In this document: piece after piece, positions 7,663-16,777 of the stretch
How positions within the stretch are numbered: the stretch's first letter is position 1
Layout: each line of letters opens with the position of its first letter
Origin: a virus
Taxonomy: Duplodnaviria; Caudoviricetes
DNA: 27,359 nt
Strand: one strand, 5' to 3'
IMG/VR virus record: IMGVR_UViG_3300032218_000796
Location: 1-27,359 of that record
Notes under the pieces: model-generated
Database searches by the model: none
Told to the model about the DNA's origin: nothing
What the model saw: only the letters and a program-made list of their open reading frames with translations
Made by a program: the position numbers and the translations under genes

Positions 7663-8112
7663 TTAAGAACCTTTGCCAAAGGTAGACGAAGATTTATTCT
7701 CTTTAAAGAGAGGCATCCGCGCATCACTTTGACGCATGAAGCTATTGTCTACAGCATCTGTCTGAGATTGGGTTTGTCTAGCAAAATGGGCATTTCGCTG
7801 TTCCACAAACTCAGTAGGTGTCTTGCAAAGCAATAACCCGCCAACCTCGATGCTGTCTTTAAAACGGCTACCGGGATCAGCTAACAGTCTAAATTTGGGT
7901 TGTTCCTCGATCGCAACGGGTTCCCAACCTTCTCGGAGTTTGGCCGATAAGTTACGGGGGTCTGCGTTATTTAACGTCGAGACACGAATCCAACGGTAAT
8001 TGAAGCCGGGCTGTTTGTCTGGCTCGGGCAACAGTTCAGGTTGCATCCACTGCTTAGGACGCTCCTGTACCGCACGTGTTGTCAACTCGCGTGTGAGTTT
8101 GTTATCAGCCAT
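7663..8112 (-). CDS. Conserved head-module protein of unknown function
   Basis: YRWIR...KLREGWEPV...IEVGGLLLCK; lies between the scaffold and capsid genes. Confidence 0.7.
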   Translation of the reverse strand: MADNKLTRELTTRAVQERPKQWMQPELLPEPDKQPGFNYRWIRVSTLNNADPRNLSAKLREGWEPVAIEEQPKFRLLADPGSRFKDSIEVGGLLLCKTPTEFVEQRNAHFARQTQSQTDAVDNSFMRQSDARMPLFKENKSSSTFGKGS

Positions 8113-9079
8113 TTCGGGCCTCCAATTCTAATTGTGCCTTTACATATTGTTCAGGCGTTAAACCTAGCTTTCTGGCTAAGTTCACTTGGCTTTGCTTTAG
8201 CTTGACCTTATTAGGGGCGGTGCTACGAACTGCCGGTGCTACAACAGTGCTGGGTTTTGTCCGCACACTTTGTGGCTTTTGTTCTTCTTCCTCAAGACCG
8301 AATGCCTCGGGGAATCGTTTGCGCATCGTTTTGTCCAGTGCGCCATAATAATCTTCAGAACCAACCTCTACACCATTGTCTCTCAAGTCTTCGTGTAAAC
8401 CAAGAGCAAAGGCCGTCATACTTCGATTCTGTCCAAACCAACTGTTACGTTTTTGCCACGATACAGCTTTATTGTCAGGTTCTGGTACATACGGTGCAGG
8501 TTGATACTGCACAGGTTGCTGTTGTACAGGAGTTTCATCTTCTTGTAAAGAGGGCATCCTGAAATTTTTTGCTTGCATCAATTTGATGTTGGCAAGTTGC
8601 AATGATTGCTGGGCTTCTAACACCTTGTCAGAATCACCTGCTTCATAAGCCTCCTTGTACGCCCGCTTCGCCATCTCCAACTCCATATTGGCGTTGCTCT
8701 GGATGGTGCTGACGTATTCTTTCTCACCATTAGTAAGAATACCTTTGATGCGCTTGTTCTCTTCAAGCAAGCGTTGGGCCAGAGTTACAGCTTCTTGCTG
8801 TTCACGTAAGGCAGACTCTTTCTCACGGCGTTCATCATGCCAAACCTTACGCATTTGCTTGAGTTTGGTCTTGACGTTATCGTCATAAGCGTCCAATTCA
8901 TCCTTCTCCAACTCCTCAACCAGAGGTTTGGGCAAGGGCTGACGGCCACGATCTTCGGGTGGCGCATCGTCTTCGATCTCAATTTCGATCTCAGGACTTG
9001 AATTTTGTTGGGGTTTACCCTTACTTTCCGGAGCTTGTTCGTCTGGAAACTTGAATTCTATGTCGTCGTCTAAAGGCAT
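8105..9079 (-). CDS. Scaffolding protein
   Basis: Acidic N-terminus, long coiled coil and C-terminal ARKLGLTPEQYVK helix; RBS AAGGAG; lies between portal and MCP. Confidence 0.75.
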   Translation of the reverse strand: MPLDDDIEFKFPDEQAPESKGKPQQNSSPEIEIEIEDDAPPEDRGRQPLPKPLVEELEKDELDAYDDNVKTKLKQMRKVWHDERREKESALREQQEAVTLAQRLLEENKRIKGILTNGEKEYVSTIQSNANMELEMAKRAYKEAYEAGDSDKVLEAQQSLQLANIKLMQAKNFRMPSLQEDETPVQQQPVQYQPAPYVPEPDNKAVSWQKRNSWFGQNRSMTAFALGLHEDLRDNGVEVGSEDYYGALDKTMRKRFPEAFGLEEEEQKPQSVRTKPSTVVAPAVRSTAPNKVKLKQSQVNLARKLGLTPEQYVKAQLELEARNG

Positions 9080-9091
9080 TTTGTGCTCCTT

Positions 9092-9520
9092 TTATTTGCG
9101 TTTGATACCACGTGGGTCGTCTACAACGGCCTCAACAGTATCGTCATTGATGATGCGGAACTCACGGCCATGGATGACCAAACGAGAACCTGAATGTGGG
9201 CGCACAAGGACAAAATCCCCCTGCTTACACCACGGCCCAGTAGGGAACTTAGATGGGTCTTGATAGCAGTCTGGCCCCATATCAACAACAAACAAGACAG
9301 TTGTGAGTGTCTCTTCATTGCGCATGGTTTCATCAGCTTTGATCAAACCGACTTCACTGTCCTCAAACTCTTTCTCCGCCTCTGGGATGGCACAAAGAAT
9401 CCGATAGCCTGACGGCTTGGGCAGTTGTTTACCTTTTTCCTCTGCGGTTGCGGCAAAGTTATAGGCTCCCACGACTTGTGGGTTGTTGGCGTCTGTAGCC
9501 AACAGGATGGAACTAGTCAT
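9092..9520 (-). CDS. groES: GroES-like co-chaperonin (Cpn10)
   Basis: PSGYRILC, mobile loop ending GLI, VVDMGPD, KQGDFVLV, FRIINDDTVEAVV. Confidence 0.85.
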   Translation of the reverse strand: MTSSILLATDANNPQVVGAYNFAATAEEKGKQLPKPSGYRILCAIPEAEKEFEDSEVGLIKADETMRNEETLTTVLFVVDMGPDCYQDPSKFPTGPWCKQGDFVLVRPHSGSRLVIHGREFRIINDDTVEAVVDDPRGIKRK

Positions 9521-9704
9521 CCGAGTTCTCCATAGTTTGTTTCAGGTCTAGGGTGTATCCCCGCATGATGAGTAGACCGCGAACCTCACCACACAGTTTC
9601 TTGTATTCCTCAAAGGACTCGGCTCTGCCTTCAGCCAAATAGTCCTTGAGTTGCTCGACTTTCTCATCAGCTTGTTTGATAAGAACTTCTAGTGCATTCA
9701 TCAT
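9513..9704 (-). CDS. Small helical hypothetical protein
   Basis: Coupled to portal and groES; ESFEEYKKLCGEVRGL motif. Confidence 0.75.
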   Translation of the reverse strand: MMNALEVLIKQADEKVEQLKDYLAEGRAESFEEYKKLCGEVRGLLIMRGYTLDLKQTMENSDD

Positions 9705-12238
9705 TCACCTTTCTTTGGTTGACGATTCTGTTGTTGACGCATCTGGATACGCTCTTGCATTTGACGCAGTTGTTCTTCGTGGCTCTTGTTGGAGAGTTGT
9801 TTAAGAATATCAACGCCGGTGTCCATCATGTGGCGTTGTTTGTCGTCCTGCATTTGCGCGGCCATCTTCACTGCGTCCATCTTGATGCGTTTGTCATCAG
9901 TAGACACTTGCGACTGGATGCGTTCACGCTCGATCTGCAACTGCGCCGCTTTGATGGCGTTATCAGCTTGATCTTTAGCGGCTTTACGCTGGTTCTCTTG
10001 TGACTTGAGTTGCAACTCTTGCATCTGCATCTGGATGATGGGATCCTGCGCCTGTTGTTGCGCTTGCTTCTGCTGTGCTTCCTGCTGGTTCTTCTGGAGC
10101 AACTGCTGTGCGGCTTGCGCCAACATGGGAGCCAGACGTGCTTCAACTTCAGGAGACATGTGAGTTTCTTCACCGGACTCATCAGTCTGTGGTGGCAACT
10201 GCATACCAAGAGTCTGCTCGATCTGCTTGCGATACTCAAACCCTAAGTGCTCGTTGATGTGAGACATCATGGCTGACTGCATAGCTTGCGCCATCGGGTT
10301 TTGCTGTAGCAACGCTTGGATCTTAGGATCTTGCATCGCGGACATGTGCACAACAATGTGCGCCTGATGATCTTGTGACAAGAACGCTTTGACGGGCTTG
10401 CCTTTGAGCACGTTCTGGTTCTCCGACACTGGATCGGTAGGCTTCTGGTCATCGTCCATCGGCACAAGTTTTGCCGCATCCTTAATACCTAACACGTCAA
10501 GCATCTGACGGTGCAAGAGTGGTAAGTTATAAAGTTGAGGCGCACCTTGAGCAAGCTGTAACACCGCTTGATACTGCACGATCTTCTGCGCCATTGTTGA
10601 CGCATTAGGATCACTGACGGGGATCACGTCCACATCATCATAGTCAGACTTCTTCGCCTTGCGTGAGCCTTCAGTCGGCTCATAGTCGTAGTCATCAGGT
10701 GTGTACTCAGCGATGATGTTCTTTAAGAGTCCCAACTCTTGCTTCATGCTGTAGTGGACACGCGCCTGAATGGCGGACATATTCTTCAGAGTTCTCTCAA
10801 GAATAGCCAACGTAGTACCCACCGGCGCTTGCGCACTCATGTCACTGAGAGTTAAGTCAGCGGTGTTAGCAAAGCGTCTGCCTTCTTCAACAATCTGACC
10901 GAGCAACACGTTCAATGTCTGGCTAGGTTCTTTGTATGGCAAGGGGAGCAAGTTGTCTTTAAGTGTGCCGCTTGCAACGTCTGCATCACGCCATTCACCC
11001 GGAGCAATCGGTGTATCGTCTCCCTTAACACGCATGCCGCGAGTCTTAAAGCCACCGGGCAAGTTAGACAACGTACCCGCATCCACCAGTTGACGAATGA
11101 GAGAAGTACTAGACTTGGCAAATGCACCGATCAAATGGATCAAGCCAAAGTAGTAAAAGCCAAAACCGGGCACGTAACCGTAGTGCACGAAGTGCTGACG
11201 CTTTGCATACGTCTCATCATCTGGTTCCCAGTTGCGGCGAATAGCCAACACATTACTGGAACCCTTCTCAATCGTAATAACGTACGGCAGTGCAATGCCA
11301 GTCTTCTTACCCTTCTCATCCTTGTGCTCGTAACCTTCAAGATCAAGGTCAACGTTCATCTCAAGCAACTTAAAGCGATTGTCAGATGTGGCTCTAAAGC
11401 CCATCTTCTCTGCAATCTTCTTCTCAACTTCATCGAGCACGTTCTCAGGTGTACCCAAGTCCATGTCGCGGTAGAAACCCGCAACCTGCAAACGGCGCAA
11501 CTCATTCTCAGTCTTACGCATCACATGCGTGACGCGAGGAGAAGACTCTAAGTTAGATGCACCATAAGGCACAACGATGTCTTCAGCAGGAACAAAGAAC
11601 GATACTTGACGATCCAAATGAGGATCAAAATACACCTTCTTGAACGCATTACCTGCAAGACCTAAACCCCAGAGCATGCGCTCATGTTCTGGTCTGTATT
11701 CTTTCATGACATCAGTCAACTGATAGTTCATGTCATCCGCTACGCGCTGTGCGGCTTCTTTCTTAGCAGGTGTCTCTTTGCCAATAATCTGGGTCTTAAC
11801 TGGCCCAGCGGCAGGGAACGTTGCCATCATAGTCTCAGACTGGAACTTCACCAGAGCTTCTGACAACATGGGGTGATAGATACCACATGCACCTTCCCAT
11901 GGCTCTGTTCTTTCCTCAATCTTCATACCCAGAAGTTCTAGGCCGTCTACATAAGTCTGCATCCAATCTTTGCGACTGGCCACGTCCTCATCATAGTCAC
12001 CGATCAATTCTTCAGCCAAAGACTGCAAGACATCATCACTAATGTATTCAGCCAAGTTAGCATTGAACTCGTCTTCTGACTCTTTGTCTGGCTCGATCTC
12101 AATCTCCATACCATCAATGCCAATACGCACGGCTTCTGGATCTTCAATCTCGATCTCAATGTCCGGTGCGGCCTGATTCATACCCGCAATTTCTTCTAAG
12201 CCTTGTGGGGCCGCGTACAGTGACTTCTCTATAGCCAT
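9701..12238 (-). CDS. Portal protein (845 aa) with a Gln-rich C-terminal barrel
   Basis: Directly follows TerL; AFKKVYFD, GFGFYYFGLIHL and RQLVDAG motifs; long Q-rich helical tail as in P22-type portals. Confidence 0.85.
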   Translation of the reverse strand: MAIEKSLYAAPQGLEEIAGMNQAAPDIEIEIEDPEAVRIGIDGMEIEIEPDKESEDEFNANLAEYISDDVLQSLAEELIGDYDEDVASRKDWMQTYVDGLELLGMKIEERTEPWEGACGIYHPMLSEALVKFQSETMMATFPAAGPVKTQIIGKETPAKKEAAQRVADDMNYQLTDVMKEYRPEHERMLWGLGLAGNAFKKVYFDPHLDRQVSFFVPAEDIVVPYGASNLESSPRVTHVMRKTENELRRLQVAGFYRDMDLGTPENVLDEVEKKIAEKMGFRATSDNRFKLLEMNVDLDLEGYEHKDEKGKKTGIALPYVITIEKGSSNVLAIRRNWEPDDETYAKRQHFVHYGYVPGFGFYYFGLIHLIGAFAKSSTSLIRQLVDAGTLSNLPGGFKTRGMRVKGDDTPIAPGEWRDADVASGTLKDNLLPLPYKEPSQTLNVLLGQIVEEGRRFANTADLTLSDMSAQAPVGTTLAILERTLKNMSAIQARVHYSMKQELGLLKNIIAEYTPDDYDYEPTEGSRKAKKSDYDDVDVIPVSDPNASTMAQKIVQYQAVLQLAQGAPQLYNLPLLHRQMLDVLGIKDAAKLVPMDDDQKPTDPVSENQNVLKGKPVKAFLSQDHQAHIVVHMSAMQDPKIQALLQQNPMAQAMQSAMMSHINEHLGFEYRKQIEQTLGMQLPPQTDESGEETHMSPEVEARLAPMLAQAAQQLLQKNQQEAQQKQAQQQAQDPIIQMQMQELQLKSQENQRKAAKDQADNAIKAAQLQIERERIQSQVSTDDKRIKMDAVKMAAQMQDDKQRHMMDTGVDILKQLSNKSHEEQLRQMQERIQMRQQQNRQPKKGE

Positions 12239-12247
12239 GTTTGATCC

Positions 12248-13792
12248 TTAATAGTACGGCTCTTTCCTGCGGAATTGCCGTGGTTCATCTTCCTCATCAG
12301 ACGCCAGTTGAATAAAGCCACCGCGTCTATAACGCAGTAATGCCTGAGTCATGGAGTCCACCAAGTCGTCATGTTCGCCCGAAGGAAAACTTGCGACCTC
12401 TTCAATCAATTCTTCTGCCCAGTGTGTATTAGGCACCCAAACGTGTCCGGATGCAAACATATCAGCCACCGCATTCAACCGTGCTATTTTGTCATTTCCT
12501 TTACTCGGTGTAAATTCTTGCACGGGTATACCCATCGCTCTGAGTTCAAATATTAGTGGCGATCCCGCCGCCTTGGCCTCAACAATCAGCGAGTCAACTT
12601 CCCATTCCTTGAATTCTTCAAACGCCCGCTGTTTTAACTCAGGAAACTCCATCCGCTTCTTGAACGCATTCAAGAGAATAATGTTCGCACGGTTTACACC
12701 TCGGTCATCGTCCTGATAGAACACACCCCACGTTGTGCATGCAGAATAGTCGGCCCGTTCTGTCTTTAAAAACGCCGTATCCCACGACTGAATGATGAAC
12801 TCACAACTTGGTGGCCGGTCATGTTGCCAAATCTTCCACCATTCCCGCTTCACAATCGCACTTACGTCCGATGTGGGCTGTTGCATGTACTGTGCTTGCC
12901 ATTTACTATTAGGCAACTCTTCTTTTAGAGCTTGCAACTCCTTTAATGACCAAAACTCAGGCCATAAGGGTTTACCCGAGGGCAAAATGGCCGGAAACTC
13001 AATCACTTCCCACTCTTCACCCGACCTTTGAGCCGCCGCTTTCACAACTTGACCTGTTAAGTCACGTTTAGACCAGCGAGTCATCACTACAACAATCGCA
13101 CCGCCCGGCTGTAGACGCTGACGAGGGCCAGATGTGTACCACTCGTACGTCTTATCGTAGATTTCTGGGTTAGTTTGGGCCATTGCGGCCTCTTGCTCCG
13201 AGTGCGGGTCGTCAATAATCAGAATATCCGCACCTTTACCGGTCACAGCACCCCCGATACCAATCGCAAAGTACTCACCACCGAAGTTTGTGTTCCATCG
13301 ACCCGCCGCTTTACTGTCAGACTGGAGATCTAGGGCTGGAAATATGCGCTTATAGTTAGCAGAGTCCACCAAGTTACGCACTTTTCGGCCAAAACCTACC
13401 GCCAACTCGGCAGTGTGCGATGTCTGAATGATCTTTTTGCCCGGATTCTTGCCAAAAAACCAGCTTGGGAGCAGGTAAGACGCAAATTCTGACTTGGTAT
13501 GCCGTGGCGGCATGTTAATAATAAGCCTTTTACACTCACCCCGAGCCACCCGCTCAAACGCCCGTGCCATCTTCTCGTGATGCCGACCGTGAATAAAGTT
13601 AGGCCACATCTCATTGACGAACACCATGAAGTCGTCAGCCGCTTTTTCTCTGAGCTTCCTTGTATTTAACTCGTCCAGAATTTCTGCAATGGCCTGTTGC
13701 TCGTCTTTTGGAAACTTCTTGAGCAACATCTGCTGTTGCGCCGCCGGTAGCGTTTGCAGTTTCTCCAGTACGGCATCAATCATCGGTTTCAT
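12248..13792 (-). CDS. terL: Terminase large subunit
   Basis: Walker A-like PPRHTKS, Walker B IIDD, VMTRW coupling motif, RNase H-like SWDTA, EAKAAG and HDDLVDS. Confidence 0.95.
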   Translation of the reverse strand: MKPMIDAVLEKLQTLPAAQQQMLLKKFPKDEQQAIAEILDELNTRKLREKAADDFMVFVNEMWPNFIHGRHHEKMARAFERVARGECKRLIINMPPRHTKSEFASYLLPSWFFGKNPGKKIIQTSHTAELAVGFGRKVRNLVDSANYKRIFPALDLQSDSKAAGRWNTNFGGEYFAIGIGGAVTGKGADILIIDDPHSEQEAAMAQTNPEIYDKTYEWYTSGPRQRLQPGGAIVVVMTRWSKRDLTGQVVKAAAQRSGEEWEVIEFPAILPSGKPLWPEFWSLKELQALKEELPNSKWQAQYMQQPTSDVSAIVKREWWKIWQHDRPPSCEFIIQSWDTAFLKTERADYSACTTWGVFYQDDDRGVNRANIILLNAFKKRMEFPELKQRAFEEFKEWEVDSLIVEAKAAGSPLIFELRAMGIPVQEFTPSKGNDKIARLNAVADMFASGHVWVPNTHWAEELIEEVASFPSGEHDDLVDSMTQALLRYRRGGFIQLASDEEDEPRQFRRKEPYY

Positions 13793-14396
13793 CCAATTCT
13801 TTACCCGTCATACCCAACTCTTCGTCCAGATCAATCACCTGAACCGCAGGGGCACCATTAAGATACTTCTCTTCTTTAATCTGCAAGGGCTTGGACTCCA
13901 CATCAATAATGTCGTCCATATAGGCAGAAAGTTTACTCGCCAGTTCAGCTTGTAATTCTTCAGTAGTTCGGTGCGTAACATTAACCTCAAGGCGTTCGGC
14001 GAACGCTTGCACGTCACTCATCTTGCCAAGAAGTTCTAACGCCTTTAATTGAGTAGCTTCTTTGTCTGAACTTGTTAGCATCAGCAGACGCATCTTCACG
14101 TAGTTGCGAATCTGTGCCGCATTTCGTACAACTTCTACGTCGTACTCATCAAGCATACTCTTTAGTATCAGCGCAGTAGCCGAGTTGATCTCAGGAGTCT
14201 TGGTAGGTGTCTCGTGCAATTGGGCGTGAGCTTCTTTTCTATCCGCTGGTTTAGGCACAGGGACTTCCATCCCGTTACCTATTAGAAACTCAACGGTATT
14301 GAACGCAGTTTGCGCTCTCTCATGCAAATTTTTAGCCGCCTCGGCAGTGAGCGAGGAGGGCAATGGAACGTCTAGTTCAGGTGTAACAAGAATCAT
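13776..14396 (-). CDS. Putative terminase small subunit (206 aa)
   Basis: Overlaps the TerL start; QLKALELLGK motif; start reassigned to ATG 14396. Confidence 0.55.
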   Translation of the reverse strand: MILVTPELDVPLPSSLTAEAAKNLHERAQTAFNTVEFLIGNGMEVPVPKPADRKEAHAQLHETPTKTPEINSATALILKSMLDEYDVEVVRNAAQIRNYVKMRLLMLTSSDKEATQLKALELLGKMSDVQAFAERLEVNVTHRTTEELQAELASKLSAYMDDIIDVESKPLQIKEEKYLNGAPAVQVIDLDEELGMTGKELDETDD

Positions 14397-14448
14397 GGTG
14401 CGGTTTGTGGCTCCCAATTTGATGCGGAGTGTACACGGTTTTTAAAAA

Positions 14449-14478
14449 ATTATATAGGGGGGTGGGGTTTGTTGTTAA
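14449..14478 (-). promoter_or_regulatory. Candidate leftward promoter for the late arm
   Basis: TTAACA (14478-14473) - 18 bp - TATAAT (14454-14449). Confidence 0.4.
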
Positions 14479-14710
14479 AAAACATGACGGGGGGTGTTTC
14501 TATAAAGACGAAAAAATGTGCAGAGTAATAACTCATGAAGGGGGTACCCTACAACATCTTGTGGTGTTGTATTAACGGGCGAACATTGGCCCGGGTTTGA
14601 ACATTTGCACGGTTTAGATTGGCGATTGTGATCTCTTGTGCAAAATACAGTGCATAGCCCTGCCCAAAATGACCGGCCCAATCTAGGGGGTGCCCCCTCG
14701 CCCATCCCCA

Positions 14711-14729
14711 GCTTCATATCATATGAAGC
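14711..14729. promoter_or_regulatory. 19-bp palindrome, copy 1 (perfect)
   Basis: GCTTCATAT-C-ATATGAAGC. Confidence 0.8.
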
Positions 14730-14853
14730 CCTACCCGTCAATTTGGTGCTATCTCGTGCAAGCTATAACATTTTGTGGTGTAATTCATTTCATGGATCGG
14801 GGAAATGCGCTCGATACATACTCTCTTAACAATCTGCATTGATGAAAGTCTTT

Positions 14854-15372
14854 ATGACAAACGAAACTCTCTCCCTCTCCGCTATTGCTTCAACATGCGG
14901 TTCCAAATTAGTAGAAGCCAAGGGCTTCGAAGCAAAGCGTCAAGCATGCCTTGATGAAGTGAATGTAGGTGTAATGAAACTGAGCAAGGCCAAGGCCAAG
15001 GTTGGTCAGAACAAAAAGTGTTCTATTGCAACATCATTCTATGATGCACTGGTGCAAGGCGGCCTAGGCAAGGGTACAGCGGCCAACTACTTGTCAACAT
15101 TCCGCAAGGCGGTGCACGAAGGCAAGCCAGTGAAAGAATGGAACCCTGCGCAATCCAAAAAGAAAGCCAGTGCCGGATCCAGTGCCAAGGGCGCGAAGGG
15201 TAAGAAAGAATTTGCGGATCTTTTTAGACCTGCATTCAATCACGATACAGGTAATTCTTTCATGGCATTGTGCAAAATGATTGAGAAGGATTACAAAGAT
15301 GACAAGATCAAAAACATGTACGCAGGTTTTGTAGATTATTTCAAATCCGAAGGCGATGAAATCGCCGAATAA
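14854..15372 (+). CDS. First early gene: basic, probably DNA-binding protein (172 aa)
   Basis: ATG 14854 after GAAAG; Lys-rich; followed by its own terminator. Confidence 0.8.
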   Translation: MTNETLSLSAIASTCGSKLVEAKGFEAKRQACLDEVNVGVMKLSKAKAKVGQNKKCSIATSFYDALVQGGLGKGTAANYLSTFRKAVHEGKPVKEWNPAQSKKKASAGSSAKGAKGKKEFADLFRPAFNHDTGNSFMALCKMIEKDYKDDKIKNMYAGFVDYFKSEGDEIAE

Positions 15373-15385
15373 ATCGGCCACTAAG

Positions 15386-15411
15386 AACCCCGCTTCGGCG
15401 GGGTTTTTTTT
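15386..15411 (+). terminator. Intrinsic terminator
   Basis: AACCCCGC-TTCG-GCGGGGTT followed by a T-tract. Confidence 0.92.
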
Positions 15412-15475
15412 CGTCCAAAATTCCCCACATGAATACTTTCCCATTACCTACATGCTCTTACACATGTAAGAGTTT

Positions 15476-15658
15476 TGATAACTGTTCCCTCGACGCGGGC
15501 CGCAAGACGCAGATTTAAATCATCTGGCCAACAAGTTGTGGTGTGTTTTATTTTTCAATCACGTGACAACTTCTTTCCTGTGTGTTTTTTATGTTGCTTC
15601 ATATCATATGAAGCTATACAAGATATTACTGATAACTGTTCCCTCGATGCGGGCCGCA
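15476..15658 (+). repeat. Two 29-bp direct repeats (15476-15504 and 15630-15658)
   Basis: TGATAACTGTTCCCTCGAYGCGGGCCGCA, one mismatch; both followed closely by GACGCA. Confidence 0.85.
15596..15614. promoter_or_regulatory. 19-bp palindrome, copy 2 (perfect)
   Basis: GCTTCATATCATATGAAGC. Confidence 0.8.
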
Positions 15659-15712
15659 TTGACGCATAAGGAATTCAACCACGCAGTGTGGAGAGGCATC
15701 ACGTAGACACAT

Positions 15713-15729
15713 CTTCATATGATATGAAG
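15713..15729. promoter_or_regulatory. Palindrome, copy 3 (opposite orientation, central G)
   Basis: CTTCATAT-G-ATATGAAG. Confidence 0.75.
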
Positions 15730-15749
15730 TGTCAAGATAGCGCAACGCA

Positions 15750-16096
15750 GTTATGTTTAATGTTTTATTCAATTATGCAAGAAAGTTCTGTGACTACAGA
15801 ATAATACAAACCCAATGAAATCAAGCACTTGCAGAGGTTTTTCCCCTATTATTCTATTATTCTGTAAAAATATATATATGAAGAGACAATTTCCAAAAAG
15901 TAACAAATTCACCTTTTTTTCTTTCTCTCACGTGTTCGCTTGTGCTCTTTCTCATGTTTTCTCTCTTATCTCTCAAAACCACAGAATATTAGAACATTAC
16001 CCCCAAATCGTCCCGCAACCCGCGCCAGTATTGGCTTTGCTTTATTCCGTGCTCACAGAACTTTGTTGCTTAATTGAATAAAACGCTTCCCATAAC
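15750..16096. repeat. Large imperfect inverted-repeat element (candidate origin or packaging site)
   Basis: Arms 15762-15793 and 16053-16084 match 30/32. Inner arms 15847-15865 and 15981-15999 share the same centre (~15923). IHF consensus at 15819-15831. Confidence 0.75.
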
Positions 16097-16120
16097 GCAC
16101 ATATAACACGTTGTCACAAC

Positions 16121-16149
16121 TTGACAACCGAGGCTTTTTGTGTTAAAGT
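16121..16149 (+). promoter_or_regulatory. Strong sigma70 early promoter
   Basis: TTGACA - 17 bp - TAAAGT with an extended -10 TG. Confidence 0.8.
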
Positions 16150-16201
16150 AGAGGCTCAACACGTGAAAACATGTTGTAGGGAGTTTTTTAAGTAACCAAC
16201 A

Positions 16202-16220
16202 GCTTCATATCATATGAAGC
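16202..16220. promoter_or_regulatory. 19-bp palindrome, copy 4 (perfect)
   Basis: Ends 18 nt before ATG 16239. Confidence 0.8.
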
Positions 16221-16238
16221 ACAACCAAAGGAATCATC

Positions 16239-16595
16239 ATGACGAAAGCAAGAGTAAGTAACCGTGAAACACGTGACTACGTGAAATCACTCAAAGAGTT
16301 CAAGGCCAACAACATTTGGTCTGAGTGGGTGCGTGACGAGAACACTGACACCGAGGACGCACGTTACGTGGTCTATTCATACGACCGCCACTGGCCACTG
16401 TTTATCTACGAGGTCAAGACCGACATGTGGTTTGAGAACGCCAGTAAGTACAGCGTGACCACATCCAAGCACAAGACGCAAAGTCACCCCTACACTGCCA
16501 CAACCATGCTACACGTGGACGACATGATCAAGGTCAAGAACAATGGCGTAGTGGGAATGATTCAACCCTTAACTTGGAGAGAGGTGACAGTATGA
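16239..16595 (+). CDS. Hypothetical early protein (YSY...KYSVTTSKH family)
   Basis: RBS AAAGGA; downstream of the promoter at 16121. Confidence 0.8.
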   Translation: MTKARVSNRETRDYVKSLKEFKANNIWSEWVRDENTDTEDARYVVYSYDRHWPLFIYEVKTDMWFENASKYSVTTSKHKTQSHPYTATTMLHVDDMIKVKNNGVVGMIQPLTWREVTV

Positions 16596-16777
16596 AAACA
16601 TATACAGCAACAGTCATTCTCACAGCCCCGCGCAAGGTCACGATGACCTTTCCCGATGACGCGATCATTCAAGACATAAGGGAAGCATTTAGCCACGAAG
16701 GGACAATTATTTATTGGGGTGAAAAAGAACCCGATGAACATGACTACTTAGTCACGGGGTTGGAGCAAATCAAATGA
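16592..16777 (+). CDS. Small acidic hypothetical protein (61 aa)
   Basis: Start reassigned to ATG 16592 (ATGA overlap, SD GAGGTG). Confidence 0.7.
   Translation: MKTYTATVILTAPRKVTMTFPDDAIIQDIREAFSHEGTIIYWGEKEPDEHDYLVTGLEQIK

Noticed and set aside
489-13955. Numerous plus-strand ORFs in the late arm (and minus-strand ORFs in the early arm)
   Set aside because: Antisense shadows of well-supported, tightly coupled genes.
14475-14829. ORFs 14475-14741(-) and 14638-14829(+)
   Set aside because: No RBS, non-protein-like composition, overlap regulatory motifs.
15476-15730. CRISPR mini-array from the 29-bp repeats or the 19-bp palindromes
   Set aside because: Only two 29-bp copies with a 125-bp spacer; the palindromes are irregularly spaced over 4.3 kb; no cas genes.
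15475-16081. ORFs 15475-15669(+) and 15815-16081(+)
   Set aside because: Low-complexity translations of repeat and origin-like DNA without an RBS.
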